Of a stretch of DNA of 64,000 nt, positions 28,430 to 40,387 are shown one piece after another; the stretch's first letter is position 1; every line of letters begins with the position of its first letter. Source of the stretch: an uncultured Chloroflexia bacterium (GTDB lineage: Bacteria > Chloroflexota > Anaerolineae > JAAYZQ01); assembly GCA_963700285.1 (NCBI GenBank), contig CAVOXA010000014.1:384001-448000 (forward strand), read 5' to 3'. The position numbers were made by a program, and so were the translations under genes. Under the pieces are notes generated by a model. The model did not search any database and was not told the DNA's origin. It saw nothing but the letters and a program-made list of their open reading frames with translations.

Positions 28430-29508
28430 TTATCGATGCTCCTTGGAATCTTGGCCGGTGAGAGAAAACCCACCGGGGAATGGGTCGTCGGGGTCGAGGA
28501 CGAATTGGTGGAAACCGGTCAGATGCGCCCGGCCCGTGACCGCGGGGACAATGGCATGAAAGTCACCGACGCGTGTTTCATCGACGATCTGGCCGGTGAA
28601 GCGAGTACCAATGATGCTCTCGCTGACAAAGGACTGGCCCACGGCGAGATCGCCCCTGGCATGGAGTAGGGCCATCCTGGCGCAGGTACCGGTACCACAG
28701 GGGGAGCGGTCTATGGTACACTCCCCAAAAGTGGCTACGTTGCGCGCGTACAGGCTGCCATCGGGCTGTGGTTGGGCCGGCTCGTGGAACTCTACCGCAT
28801 CCACGGCAGTGGTAAAGGGTTGCTCGGGATGCTGAACCTGAAGCTGGGCGTTGGCAGCCCAGCGCAGCCCCATGCCGAGCCGGGCCAGGGCCTCAGCGTT
28901 CCCGGGCACAAGGCTGAGATCAAAAAGCTGTGCATCAACAAGGGCAAAAAAGCCGCCGCTGTACACAATGTCCGCTTGGAGAGGACCCAGTTCTGGAAGA
29001 GACAGGCGGGCGCCGGGTTTGTAGACAAAGACCGGCGCGTTCTGGAAAGTGACATCCAGCACCTGGCCGTCCTGAATGCGACTCCTGGTTCGAACCAGGC
29101 CCACAGGCGTATCAAAGACGACATTTGCTCGCCGCTGCCGGATAGTTGCCTGCCCATTGGCGGAGCTAGCCCCCCACCCGACACCATGCCGGTCTCGATG
29201 AGTGCCGTCGCTGCCCCAATGACGGCATGTCCACACATGGTGGTATACTGCAGCGTATTCATAAAGACCAGCCAAAGTCCGCGGCAGGATCACAGGGCGC
29301 GGTCAGATAGGGCGCCATACATGTCTTGACGGCCTCGCGGTTCGAGCATGAGCAGACCACGAAGGCCGTCCAGTTCCTGACGCGCATGGACCAGCTTTTC
29401 CTCCATGGTGTTGCCCGGAATGGGTGCCAGCCCACCTACCACCAGGCGGGTCGGCTCGCCAGCCGTATGTGAATCTATGGTCGAGACGATGCGCGAAAAC
29501 CGGGCCAT
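28430..29508 (-). pseudogene. Proline racemase / hydroxyproline epimerase family, frameshifted as read
   Basis: IDSHTAGEPTR, EPRG, MCGH and DRSPCGTG (both catalytic cysteines) lie in three different frames. Confidence 0.85.
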
Positions 29509-29770
29509 GTGCCTCTCTCCAATGTAGGAGATGCTGCCGGCCCGGGCCAGTCCATCGATCGCGGGCATGCTGTCAGGAAAGATCCCGCGATCGGGCTGTC
29601 AGCCCGGGACGGTGCACCGCCCCAAAGTGTATGCGTATCCCACCCCAGCCCCCTCATTCGCTGGATGATTTCCTGTCCCCGTGGGCAGGCGATTGGTAAC
29701 GATGCAGGACAGGAAACCATCTGGCCCATGGGCTAGATGTACAACAACCTTACCGCTAGCAAGGAAGCGC

Positions 29771-30427
29771 TCAGTCAGTCTCCCGCACCTCCAGGATCTC
29801 GACATCCGGGACCCGCTCCAGCACAGCTACGATCTCGTCTTTGGAAACACCGCGGACTTTGAAGACATAGTCCCAGTGATCGGGCTGCTTGGGCGTCCGG
29901 ACGTAGCCGCTGGCATAGATCCCCCAACCCTGCCCGGCAATGGCATTCGTGACATCGGCCAGCACGCCGTAACGATCTGTCGACCGGAAGGCGACGCGGA
30001 CCCCGGATACGTGCTCCCCCAGCAATTCGGTCAGGTGAGCCAAGAGATCGGTGTCGGTGATAATGCCCACCACAATGCCTTCATCGAGGACTGGCAGCCC
30101 GCCGATCTTTTTTTCGACCATAGTCTTGGCTGCATCTTCCAGCGTAGCGTCTGAACAGGTGGACACTACATCTTTGGCCTTGATCATCACGTCCTGGACA
30201 GTTAGTTCCGTCAGAGTGCGGGCGATCTCCCACAGGTCCAGGCTGCCCAGCCTACCCGGATCCACGAGCAGCGTCTGTCGAGTAACCAAGCCAAGCAAGC
30301 GCTTGCCATCACCGACAATGGGCAGGTGGCGGATGTCGTTCTCGCCCATGAATCGCTGGGCGTCGACGATGCACATCGTCGGCTGAACCATGAGCGGATG
30401 TCGTGTCATATAGTCTTTAACCAGCAT
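29771..30427 (-). CDS. CBS-pair plus ACT domain protein (AcuB-like)
   Basis: MLVKDYMT, IRHLPIV, IGGLPVL..GIITDTD, ACT-like C-terminus. Confidence 0.85.
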   Translation of the reverse strand: MLVKDYMTRHPLMVQPTMCIVDAQRFMGENDIRHLPIVGDGKRLLGLVTRQTLLVDPGRLGSLDLWEIARTLTELTVQDVMIKAKDVVSTCSDATLEDAAKTMVEKKIGGLPVLDEGIVVGIITDTDLLAHLTELLGEHVSGVRVAFRSTDRYGVLADVTNAIAGQGWGIYASGYVRTPKQPDHWDYVFKVRGVSKDEIVAVLERVPDVEILEVRETD

Positions 30428-30506
30428 TCGGTGCCTCCTACGGCATACCAGGATCAGGATGGCCTCATGCCAGACCCGTGGCCATCCATCCTATACCAAA
30501 CTTTGG

Positions 30507-32614
30507 CTAATCGGCAGTCGTCAGGACAGGATCCATCTCACGCAATCGCTCCAGCGGGATATGGCAGAAAATGCGGTGCCCGTCGCCGTCATCCTGCCAC
30601 GGCGGCACCTCTTCTTCACAGATCTTGCCGCCATCGGGCAGCAGCTCCGCCCGGCGCGGGCAGCGGGTGTGGAATCGACAGCCGCTGGGTGGATTGAGGG
30701 CGCTGGGCACGTTGCCGCTGAGGCGGATGTGCTTCTGGCTCCACACTGGGGTCAGGGATCGGCACGGCCGAGAGCAAAGCTTCGGTGTAGGGATGGTAGG
30801 GCGGAGCATAGATGGCCTCCGCAGGCCCGATCTCGGAAATCTGGCCCAGGTACATCACGGCGATGTGATCGCAGAAGAAGCGCACTACACTCAGGTCGTG
30901 GGCGATAAAGATCATCGTCGTGCCCATCTCCTGCTGGATCTCCATCAGCAGATTGAGCACCGCCGCCTGTACCGATACGTCCAGAGCCGAGACCGGCTCA
31001 TCGCACAGAACCAGCTCCGGGCGACCGGCAATGGCCCGGGCAATGCCCACCCGCTGCTTCTCACCACCGCTGAGCTGGCGCGGCAACCGGTCGTAGTAGC
31101 GTTCGCCCAGCTTCATCATGCCGCAGCAGGCGGATCACCTCGTCCCGGACCTGGTTCTTGGGCACGGTCTTGAAGCGCTGCAGCGGGCGCGACGATCTGC
31201 TGGCCGACGGTGAAGGAGGGATTCAGCGTGGAGTCAGGGTTCTGGAACACCATCTGCAGTTCCTGGATGATGGACAGATCCCGCTGTGATCACCTTGTCG
31301 GAGATATCGACGCCCATGAACTCCAACTCGCCGCCGGTGGGCGCTTCCATGCCGATGATGGTCTTGACCAGCGTGCTCTTGCCACAGCCCGACTCGCCGA
31401 CGATGCCCAGGGTCTCTCCCTTTTTCACCGTCAAGCTGACGTCGTCCACCGCTTTGACGTAGTGCTTTTCCCCGCCGATGAGCTTCTTGGAGGGAACCTT
31501 GATAAAAGGTCTTGGCGTTGTCAAGCTGCAGGATCGTCTCGGGCGCTGCTTCCGTAGCCGGCTGCGCTGCCAGTCCGGCCACAACGTCTTCCGGCGGCGT
31601 CCAACCCTGCGGCGGCAATCTCCTCGGCAAAGTGACAGCGGGCCCAGTGCCTCACGTCGATCTGGCGCAGTTCTGGCCTGTCGCAGGCGGCATTCTTCGC
31701 GGGCATAGTCACAGCGCGGCTCAAAGATGCAGCCCGGCGGCAGGTTGGCTGGCGAGGGCACCCGTCCGCGGATGGGATACGAGGTAGCTGCTGCGCTTGT
31801 CCATGCCCAGGCGGGGCACACAGCGCATCAGGCCCTGGGTGTAGGGGTGGTAGGGGCTCAGATAGACGTCCGCTACCGAGGCCCGCTCGACGATCTCGCC
31901 AGCGTACATCACGCCCACCTTGGTCGACACCCGGGCGACGACGCCCAGGTTGTGGCTGATGTACATGATGGCGGTGTCAAAGTCGCGCTGCAGGTCGGCG
32001 ATCAGGTCCAGCACCGCCGCCTCGACGGTCACGTCCAGAGCGGTGGTCGGCTCGTCCATGATGAGCAGCGCCGGTCCGTTGAGCAGGGCCATGGCGATGA
32101 CGACGCGCTGCTGCTGTCCGCCCGATATCTGGTGCGGATAGCGCCGCATCACGTTCTCCGGGTCGGGCATGTAGACCCGCTCGAGCATGGCGACGCACTT
32201 TTCCTCGGCCTCGGCCTGGCTCATGTCACGGTGGACGGTCAGCACCTCGGACATCTGCTCGCCGAGGCGCATGGAGGGATTGAGGGCCTGCATCGGATCC
32301 TGGTAGACCATCGAGATCTGGTCACCGCGGATCCGGCGCAGTTCTTCCTGCGAGCGGCCCACCAGGTCCTGGCCCTGGAAGAGGATGCGGCCGTCCACGA
32401 TCCTGCCGTTCTTCCCCAAAAAGTTGACGATGCCAAAGGCCACGGTGCTCTTGCCGCAACCCGACTCACCGACGATGCTGTGGGCCTCGCCGCGCTGGAT
32501 CTCAAAGCTGACGTCGCGCACGGCGGGCACGTCGCCCTGTGCGCGTCTCGTAGGAGATGGCCAGATTCTTCCACATGCAAGAACGGGTGTCTTGATCTGG
32601 TGGTCTGCTGTCAT
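30507..32614 (-). pseudogene. Oligopeptide/dipeptide-family ABC transporter ATPase (two fused ATPase domains), frameshifted as read
   Basis: Two GESGCGKS Walker A motifs, SGGQQQR and SGGEKQR signatures, DEPTTALD and [12 protein letters not shown] and GCxFxxRC tails. Confidence 0.85.
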
Positions 32615-32630
32615 AGGCTGCACTCCTCAT

Positions 32631-33559
32631 CTACTGATATCGCAGCGACTCTTCGCGCAGACCGTCGGCCAACAGGCTCAGACCGACGACCAGGGAGGAG
32701 ATGGCCAGCGTGGGCCAGATGACGGCCCAGGGATTGGTAAAGATGTGCTCGTGCCCAGCCTGGACCATGCCCCCCCAATCGGGGTTGGGCGGTGGCAGCC
32801 CCAGCCCCAGGAAACCCAGGGTACCCAGGGAAAAGATGGCATAGCCCACCCGCAGCATGGCATCGATGAGGACCGGGCCGCGGGCATTGGGCAGGATCTC
32901 GACGTACATCATCCGCAGCGACGATTCGCCGCGGGTCTGGGCCGCGGCGACATAGTCGCGGGTGCGGATGTCCAGCGTCAGGCCGCGCACCAGGCGGGCG
33001 ATGCCCGGAATACCGGCGATCGTGATGGCGATGACGACGTTGGTCGCCGAAGCGCCCACGGCGGCGATGATGATCAGGTAGAGCAGGATGGTCGGAAAGG
33101 CCATCATCGCGTCCAGGCCGCGCATCACGACGTCATCGGTGGGTCCGGCAAAATAACCCGCAATCAAGCCCAAGCGTGACGCCGATCGACCACGGAAAGG
33201 AACACGCCCCAAATCGCCACGCCACCTGGGATCCAGAAGTTCTCAGTGATGGGCCACTTGATCAGGACGATCTGCCCGCCGTAGGCCAGGCGGGACCAGA
33301 GGTCCCGTCCCTTGTGGTCGGTGCCCAACGGGTGGGCGAGCCGAGGGGCCCTGGCTCCTGGCCTGCGAATCCTCCTCGTTGGGATCGTAGCGCGTGACCA
33401 CCGGGGCAAAGATGGCAGCCAGGACCCAGAACAGAATGATGCACAGGCCGACGATCGCAATCTTGGAACTCCACAGGATGGTCAGGCTGCCCTTGGTCTT
33501 TTGCCAGCGGCTGGGCTTCGAAGCGCAGCAGCACCCGCCGTGGCTTCTTCGGTTGCCAT
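32631..33559 (-). pseudogene. Peptide-family ABC permease (DppC-like), frameshifted as read
   Basis: HPLGTD..GRDLWSRL, DYVAAAQTRGE, LGFLGLG..PP.PDWG, LLADGLRE. Confidence 0.85.
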
Positions 33560-33599
33560 CGTACCTCCTCCCTCGACCTCAAAGCTCGCCCTAACCTCA

Positions 33600-34910
33600 C
33601 TACGCATACCGGATGCGCGGGTTGAGGAACGTGTAGATAATGTCGGCAATGAGCTGCGAACCCACAGCCACAACGACCAGGACCATCGCAGCCGTTTCGA
33701 CGGCATAGACGTCGTTGAACATGGCCGAATTCAACAGGTATTGCCCCAGGCCAGGATAGCTGAACAGCACCTCGACCACGACGATACCGCCGATGAGCCA
33801 GTTCACGTGGAGCATGATGACCGTGATCGGGCGCCATCAGGGAGTTGCGCAGGATGTGCTTCCTGACGATCTGTCCTTGGGGCAGGCCCTTCAGGTGGGC
33901 CGTGCGGACATAGGGCGAGTTGGCGACCTCGACCACGCTGGCGCGCGTGATGCGCAGCACATAGCCCAGCTCGATGAGGGTCAGCGTGACCACGGGCAGG
34001 ACCAGCATGGACGGGATTGTCCAGGATGGCCTTGTCATCGAGCAGGACCACGGAGCCGGGCAGGACCTCGAGCCAGGCGGCAAAGACCAGGATGAGGAGG
34101 ATGCCGGTGGCAAAGTTGGGGCTGGCCGTGGTCAGCAAGCCGCCTACGGTCAGGACACGGTCGATGCCCTTGCCCTCGTTCAGTCCCGCGACAAGGCCCA
34201 GCACCACGGCCAGGGGCATGACGACGATAAAGGCGATGCCGGCCAAGAGCAAGGAATTCCGCAACCGGAGGAAGAGCGTGTCGGCCACGGGACGCCCTGT
34301 GCGGAAAGACACACCCGGGTCGCCCCGGACCAAGCCTTTCTGGATGGGGATGTAGCGAACACCGCCTGTCTGCTCCACGGCAGCCCGGCCGGCCGAAGCG
34401 GCCGATACTTCCTCCTCGCTGAACCCTTTCTTCCAGAGGGTGGCCCGATTGCCCGTGTCGATGCCCCAGAAGAACTGCTGACCGTTCTCGTCGGTCTGCC
34501 AGCCGTCAAAGTCGCCCTCCACCTTTTCGACGCTTGCCGTCGGGCTGCATGCGGTGGACGACAATCTCACCATCTTTCATGCTCCAGCGGGTGAGCGTGC
34601 CGTCGACATCGGCCCACCAGGTGACAATGCCGCTGATCGGGTCAACCCTGCGCTCCAGAGAATAACCAGTCAGGGCAGAGGCACGCCAGTCAGCAGCCGA
34701 CCAGCCACTGAGAGGTAGCGCCAGTACATGGGCTCCTCCAGACCGAGCTGGACTCGAAAAAGCACCGTCTGCTCCGGCGTGGCAAAGGGCCCCAGGATGT
34801 GGCGGGCGATATCGCCCGGCGCGATCTCGGAGATCAAAAAGATAACAGATGGAAACGAGGAGCATGGTCAGTACCATGCCCAGCAAGCGCCGCGTAATGA
34901 ACTTCCCCAT
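33600..34910 (-). pseudogene. Peptide-family ABC permease (DppB-like) with a large extracytoplasmic insertion, frameshifted as read
   Basis: MGKFITRRLL start, GDPGVSF, YVRTAHLKGL..HILRN, VEVLFSYPGLG, LNPRIRY end. Confidence 0.82.
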
Positions 34911-34965
34911 AGAAGTCCCCTTTCCAGGTTCTGATGGACACCAAACGGAGAACAAGTGGGGAATC

Positions 34966-35015
34966 GAGATGGAGATTGAGGTGCCGTACTGGCTATGCAC
35001 CTCAACCTCTATCTC
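34966..35015. terminator. Long intergenic hairpin between the binding protein and the permease
   Basis: GAGATGGAGATTGAGGTGC pairs imperfectly with GCACCTCAACCTCTATCTC. There is no U tract, so it may stabilise mRNA rather than terminate. Confidence 0.4.
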
Positions 35016-35034
35016 AATATCCCAGTCAGTCGAG

Positions 35035-36794
35035 CTAGGCCTCCGGATCTATCCAGGCGTTGGCCCAAAGATGGTAGTCGGTGGGGTGCGCCGCGACGTT
35101 TTGGAAGTTCGGCGGATAGAAGGTCCAGCCAATAAAGTAGTAGGCGTTGCCGATGGAGCCACGCTCCTGCTGGATCAGCTCCAGCTTTTCCATGATGCCG
35201 CGCCGCTCTTCTACGTCGGGAGTAGCGTTGGCCTCGCGCCAGGAGTGTTTGAAACTCTTCGTCACACCAGCGGGTCTCGTTCCAGGGCACCGGATTCCCG
35301 TCCTGGTCGCAGGTGTAGGCCAGTTCCAGGACCATGGTGCCCAGCGGGCGGTGCGTCCAGGAGGTGATGCCCAGGTCGACCTCGGTCCACAGCTCCCAGT
35401 ACTGGTTGTTGGGCATCGTGTTCAAGGTGATCCGGAAGCCGGCCGGCTCGGCGTCCTGCTTCAGCGTCTCGGCGTAGGCGACGATGTCGTCCCAGCCGGA
35501 ACCGACGGCAATCTCCACGTCGAGTCCATCGGGGTAGCCGGCCTCGGCCAGCAGAGCCTTGGCCTTCTCCGGTCATATGGCGGCGTTGGTACCTCGGCAT
35601 AGTCGGGATGGGCCGGCGAGACGTGATGGTCCTGGCCGATGAGGCCCTGGCCAAAGTAGGCCAGGTCGAGGATCTTTTGGCGGTGCTGGCAGAGCTTGAG
35701 CGCCTGGCGCACCTGGTTGTCGGTCCAGGGCTCCATGTCCACGCGCATGCGCAGGATGCGGGTGCGAGCGGTGGGCACCGTGTATAGATTGGCGCCATCC
35801 CAGTCCTTCAGCGCCTCCCAGGTCGTCGGGATAGACATTGTAGATGGTATCGATCTGGCCCTGCTTCATGGCGGTGACGGCCGGGGTCTGGTCCTCACCC
35901 TGGTCGACGTAGATGATCTCATCCAGGAAGGGTAGTTGATTCCCCTCGGTCGTCCTTGCCCCAGTAGTCCTCGCGACGCTTGAGCACGCACGCGCTCACC
36001 CACCGAGTACTCTGCAAGCGTAAAGGGACCCGTGCCGACCGGCTGGGCGACAATGTCACCCTCAAAGCCACGGTGCACAATCTGGGCCGGATAGTGGAAG
36101 AGGTCCTCTGGCACCGAGATGGCCGCCGCGTCCAGGTTCAAGCGCACGTGGTAGTCATCCACCTTTTCGACACCAGTGGGCTGCAGGTAGGGCATCTTGC
36201 CGATCATCGACGAGCCGACTTCGGGGTTCAGCCACTCGCCAAAGTTGAAAAGCACGTCGTCGGCCGTGAACTCGTCCCCATTGTTGAACATGAATGCCTT
36301 TGCGCAGGTACAAGTCCCAGGTCTTTAGGTCGTCGCTGGGCTGTCCACTTTTCCAGCAGTAGGGGATGGGTGATGTTGTCATAGCCGGTCTGGGTCAGAT
36401 ACTCCAGGAAGTGACGGGTGGCGTTCGAGTCATAGACCCAGGAGTAGCGGGCCGGATGGTCGATGCGGATGACCTGCATCGAGCAGCGCATGGTGCCGCC
36501 GTACTTGGGGCCGCCTGCCGCTGGGGCCGCCGTAGGTGCCGGGGCCTCTGTCGGCGCCACCGCGGCCGGAGCCTCGGTGGCTTTGGCAGCGGGCGCCGCG
36601 GTGGGCGCTGCGGGCGCCTCGGTTCCGCCACAGGCCGCCAGGAAAGCGCTGGCGCCGGCAAAGGACATGCCCAGCAGCGTCGCGTTTCGCAAAAAATCGC
36701 GGCGGCTGATGCGGCCCTGTTGATACTGATGCTTTAGTTCGGGGATGTAGGCGTGCTCACCCTCATTGCGCTGTGTCCGCTTGATGATTTCCAT
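35035..36794 (-). pseudogene. Peptide-family (family 5) ABC substrate-binding Tat lipoprotein, frameshifted as read
   Basis: SRRDFL Tat motif, LAAC lipobox, Ala/Pro/Thr linker, PKYGG, F..GDEFTADDV, PVGTGPF, VRQALKL. Confidence 0.85.
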
Positions 36795-37010
36795 TCTGTA
36801 CTCCTCCTTCATATTGTGGGTATTTCGGCCAGCAACGGATGGACCCAGTATCTGCTATGGTTAGAGGACTGGGTCCAGCTATCTCACAAGAACAGTGGTT
36901 GAACTGAACTGTACACACCTCCCTTCCAACTTTCTCGATGTGAGACACAGTCTCACAACTCGGCCAGCAGCACATGTTTTTGGGGGAAAACTCGGTAGAA
37001 ACTGCGTTTG

Positions 37011-37038
37011 ATTATACCATATTCCAGCCCGTTGTCAA
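37011..37038 (-). promoter_or_regulatory. sigma70 promoter of the ABC transporter operon
   Basis: Minus strand TTGACA-N16-TATAAT with an extended -10 TG. Confidence 0.75.
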
Positions 37039-37126
37039 ACCGCCCGTTTGCTGCTAGGATTTATGTTAACATCTAATGATCGACAGATTTCTCCTAGACA
37101 CTTGAAGGTCCTAGGATCTCGGGGCG

Positions 37127-38610
37127 CTAGACGGTGTGGCGCTCCTCAGCTCGAGCGATGATCTCCTGCAACCGGAGCAGCGTCTCCTCAGGAATGTATG
37201 GCGGTTCGTGGTTCTCCAGGATGTCCAGCACCTTGGCCCGGACCCGGTCAGCCATGGTCTGCGCCCCGCCGGCCTCCCAGGCGCGGCGCATCTGGCGGTC
37301 CATGAGGGTCGGGAACCACATCTCGGCGCGGAAATGCTGGCGGGTGTGCTGCTGGGTCAGGTAGTGGCCGCCTGGACCGACCTGCTCGATGACGTCCACG
37401 GCCAGCGTCTCGGGGGTGACGTCGATGCCGCCCAGCGATGCGCTTGGCCATAGCCGATCACCTCGTCGGACATGACCAGCATGTCGATAGGAGCCGAGCA
37501 GGCCCGACTCCAGATAGCCCACGTCGTGGATGAGGTTGGCGCCCGACAGCGCGGCGACGATGATGGACATGGTAGCCTCGATGGCCGCCTGCTGGTCGAG
37601 GGTCTTGGCATCGGAGCAGCCGGCGGTGGAGAACATGGGCACGCCCAGCCACTTGGCCACGTCGGTCATGGCCGCGCTGATCAGGGCCAGTTCGGGCGCG
37701 CCGTAGGACAGGATCGAGGTCGCCATGTCCATGGGCGAGTTGCACGCCGCCCATGATGACCGCCGCGCCCTTGCGCTTGAGCTGGGCCAGCACCACGCCC
37801 ACCAGGTACTCGGCCAGGGCCTGCACCATCGTCCCGGCCAGGGTCAGCCGGGCCCGGTGCCGCCGCACATGATGCAAGGCGTGTAGATGGCCGGGATGCC
37901 CATCTCGGCGGCGTACAGGATCTTTTCCACGGCTTCGACCGAGTTGGTCAGGGGGGAGCTGGGCTCGATGTAGACGACGAAAAGAGGCGCCCGGGCAAAC
38001 TCGTCCGGCGCCGCCCAGCACCTCGCAGGCCATCTGGTACTGGTCGGCCAAGCCCTCCTTGTCCACGGCGGTGATGACCAGCGGCTTGGATGTGCCCCGC
38101 AGCATGGCCAGGAACTGGTGCCGGTCGTAGGTCTGGGGCAGCACGCCCGAGGTCAGGCCCAGCGACATGTGAAAGTCGATGTTGGGCAGGGCGTCGCTGA
38201 TCCGGGCCGCGTTGTAGACATCCTCAAAGGTGTACTTGCGCACCTCGTCGGTGTAGGGATCCACCATGGATGGACAGTCGGAGCCGGTGCCAAAGTAGAA
38301 CTTGTCCTTCTCCAGGAGATGCGCCTGCTGCGGTCGCGCCCGGCGATGACGATCCGGCCGGGTGTGGTGTTCAGCGCCTCTTTCAGCAACCAGGCCGGAA
38401 TACGGACCAGAGCCCGGGCCTGGCCGCCAGTGTCTCCTCGCTGATCAGGCAACCGGCGTCACGCAGCAGCGCCAGCCCTTCCTCACCGTGATATCCGCGT
38501 ACGCCCGCCCGGCCCAGGACATCCAGGGCAGCGTGAAAGATCTCTTCGATCTGATCGTCGGACAGCACGCGGAACTGTGGAGTTACGTTGATTTGGTAAT
38601 TGGCTCTCAT
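37127..38610 (-). pseudogene. MttB-superfamily corrinoid methyltransferase (paralog 8), frameshifted as read
   Basis: FHAALDVL, FGTGSDC, SYGAPE, TAGCSDAK, ANLIHDVGYLE and VGPGGHYL are split across frames. Confidence 0.85.
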
Positions 38611-38615
38611 CTTGT

Positions 38616-39514
38616 CTATGCTGCTCCTTCACGAACAGCCGCGGCCATGGCCGCGATATGGGCCGGCGAAGAGCCACAGCAGCCGCCGACGATGACCGCG
38701 CCTAGATCCGACGTACTGGCGAGCCAAGCCGGCCATCCTTGCCGGATCAGCGTCGTAGACCACCTGGCGCTTGACCATGCGCGGGATACCAGCATTGGGC
38801 TTGGCAATCAGATAGGCATCGGGTGCAGCCTCGTGCATCAGCGGCAGCAGCTCGAGCACCTCCTCGGGGGCATGACCACAGTTGGCGCCTACGGCGGACA
38901 CGCCCATCTGGGACAGCGTCTGAGCAGCCTGGGCTGGGCGGATGCCCATGCTGGTGCGGCCATGGGTGTCGAAGCTAAAGGTGCAGAAGACCGGCAGGTC
39001 ACAGTCCGTGCATGGCACCCTCGACGGCCGCTCTGGCCTCGTTCAGATCGCTCATGGTTTCGATATAGATGCAGTCCACGCCACCCGCGGCCAGCGCCCC
39101 AGCCTGCTCGGCAAAGATCTCTACCGCAGCCTCGTAGGTCAGCGGGCCGAGGGGGGGCATCATCTCGCCCGAGGGACCGATGTCGCCGCCGACATAGACG
39201 TCATCGTCCAGCGGCCTGGCGGGCCAACTCGGCGGCACGGCGGTTGATCTCTGCCACCTGGGCGTCGAGGCCGGCGGCTTTCAGGCGGGCACGGCGTGCC
39301 GCCAAAGGTACTGGTGAGGATGAGCTGAGAGCCGGCGTCCAGATAGGCCTGGTGCAGCGCCATGATCTCCTCGGGCCGCTCCAGGATCCAGGCCTCGCCG
39401 GGCATGCCCCGTGGGCAGACCGGCGGCCTGCAGCATCGTGCCTGTCGCCCCGTCGGCGATCAGCACCTCGCCTGGCGCCAGGAATTCTAGCCTGTCCAGA
39501 ATCGGTACTCGCAT
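38616..39514 (-). pseudogene. Stand-alone homocysteine S-methyltransferase (MetH Hcy-binding domain), frameshifted as read
   Basis: ADGATGTML, H.AYLDAG, GDIGPSG, IETMSD, GANCG, KPNAG and GGCCG (zinc ligands). Confidence 0.85.
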
Positions 39515-39633
39515 GGGGTCGCTCCTTTGGACACGTATGTGCTGCGTGCTACGTGTTGCGTGAATCTGTTGGCAAGCTGTTTCTCCACTCCGCACGCCAC
39601 ATGCCTTACGTTTGATGCTTGAGGCTTGACGCC

Positions 39634-40284
39634 CTACGCTCCGGCCAGTTGCTTGACGACCTTGACGGCCTCGGTCGCGTTCTCGGCGTAGGCGTCGGCG
39701 CCGATCTCCTCGGCCCACTCTGGGCTGGCCGGCACGCCGCCGATGATGACTTTGACCTGGTCGCGCAGACCGGCCTCTTTGAGGCTGAGGATGACCGCCT
39801 CCTGGTTGAGGATGGTCGTGGTGAGCAGCGCCGACAAACCGACTATGTCGGCATCCACTTCACGCACCTTGTCGACGAACTGCTGAGCCGACACATCCAC
39901 GCCCAGGTCGTGCACCTCAAATCCATTGGCAGCCAGCATGGTCGCCACCAGCGTCTTGCCGATCTCGTGGATGTCCCCCTGGACCGTGCCGATGACCACC
40001 TTGCCCAGCACCTCGCGCTGCTGGCGCCTCTTTAGCAGCTCTGGTTCCAGGGTGGCGATGGCGGCCTTTATCGCCTCACCGCTCATCATCAGGTCAGGAA
40101 TGAACAGCTCACCGTTGGCAAAACCCTCACCGACGACATCCATGCCCGGTTTGAAGCCCTTGTCGATGGCCTCCAGCGGATCAACGCCCTCACGCAATGC
40201 CTCGTTGGCCAGCTCTCTGGCCCTATCAGGCAGACCGTCAATGACAGCCTTTGCCATATCCTCGTACAGTTTTTCGTTTGCCAT
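39634..40284 (-). CDS. Methyltransferase cognate corrinoid protein (MtbC/MttC family)
   Basis: Cap domain plus GDIHEIGK B12 motif, SALLTTT, IIGG.P. Confidence 0.93.
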   Translation of the reverse strand: MANEKLYEDMAKAVIDGLPDRARELANEALREGVDPLEAIDKGFKPGMDVVGEGFANGELFIPDLMMSGEAIKAAIATLEPELLKRRQQREVLGKVVIGTVQGDIHEIGKTLVATMLAANGFEVHDLGVDVSAQQFVDKVREVDADIVGLSALLTTTILNQEAVILSLKEAGLRDQVKVIIGGVPASPEWAEEIGADAYAENATEAVKVVKQLAGA

Positions 40285-40387
40285 GTCTCCCTCCCTAGTC
40301 TGTGCTTGATTATGCTGGCTTTGTACCTGCAAGGATTGGGCCGGGCAACACCCCGTCCAGCCACCGCGTACACATCAGTGGCTCCCG

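Noticed and set aside
29525-29560. SAM-I riboswitch-like GGACTGGCCCG..CGGCAGCA on the minus strand
   Set aside because: The P1 (ATC..GAG/GAT) and P3/P4 elements are missing, and the site is too close to the start codon.
30507-39514. Programmed frameshifting or phase variation
   Set aside because: Indels are numerous and scattered, and are not tied to a common slippery site or long homopolymer; sequencing error is the simpler explanation.
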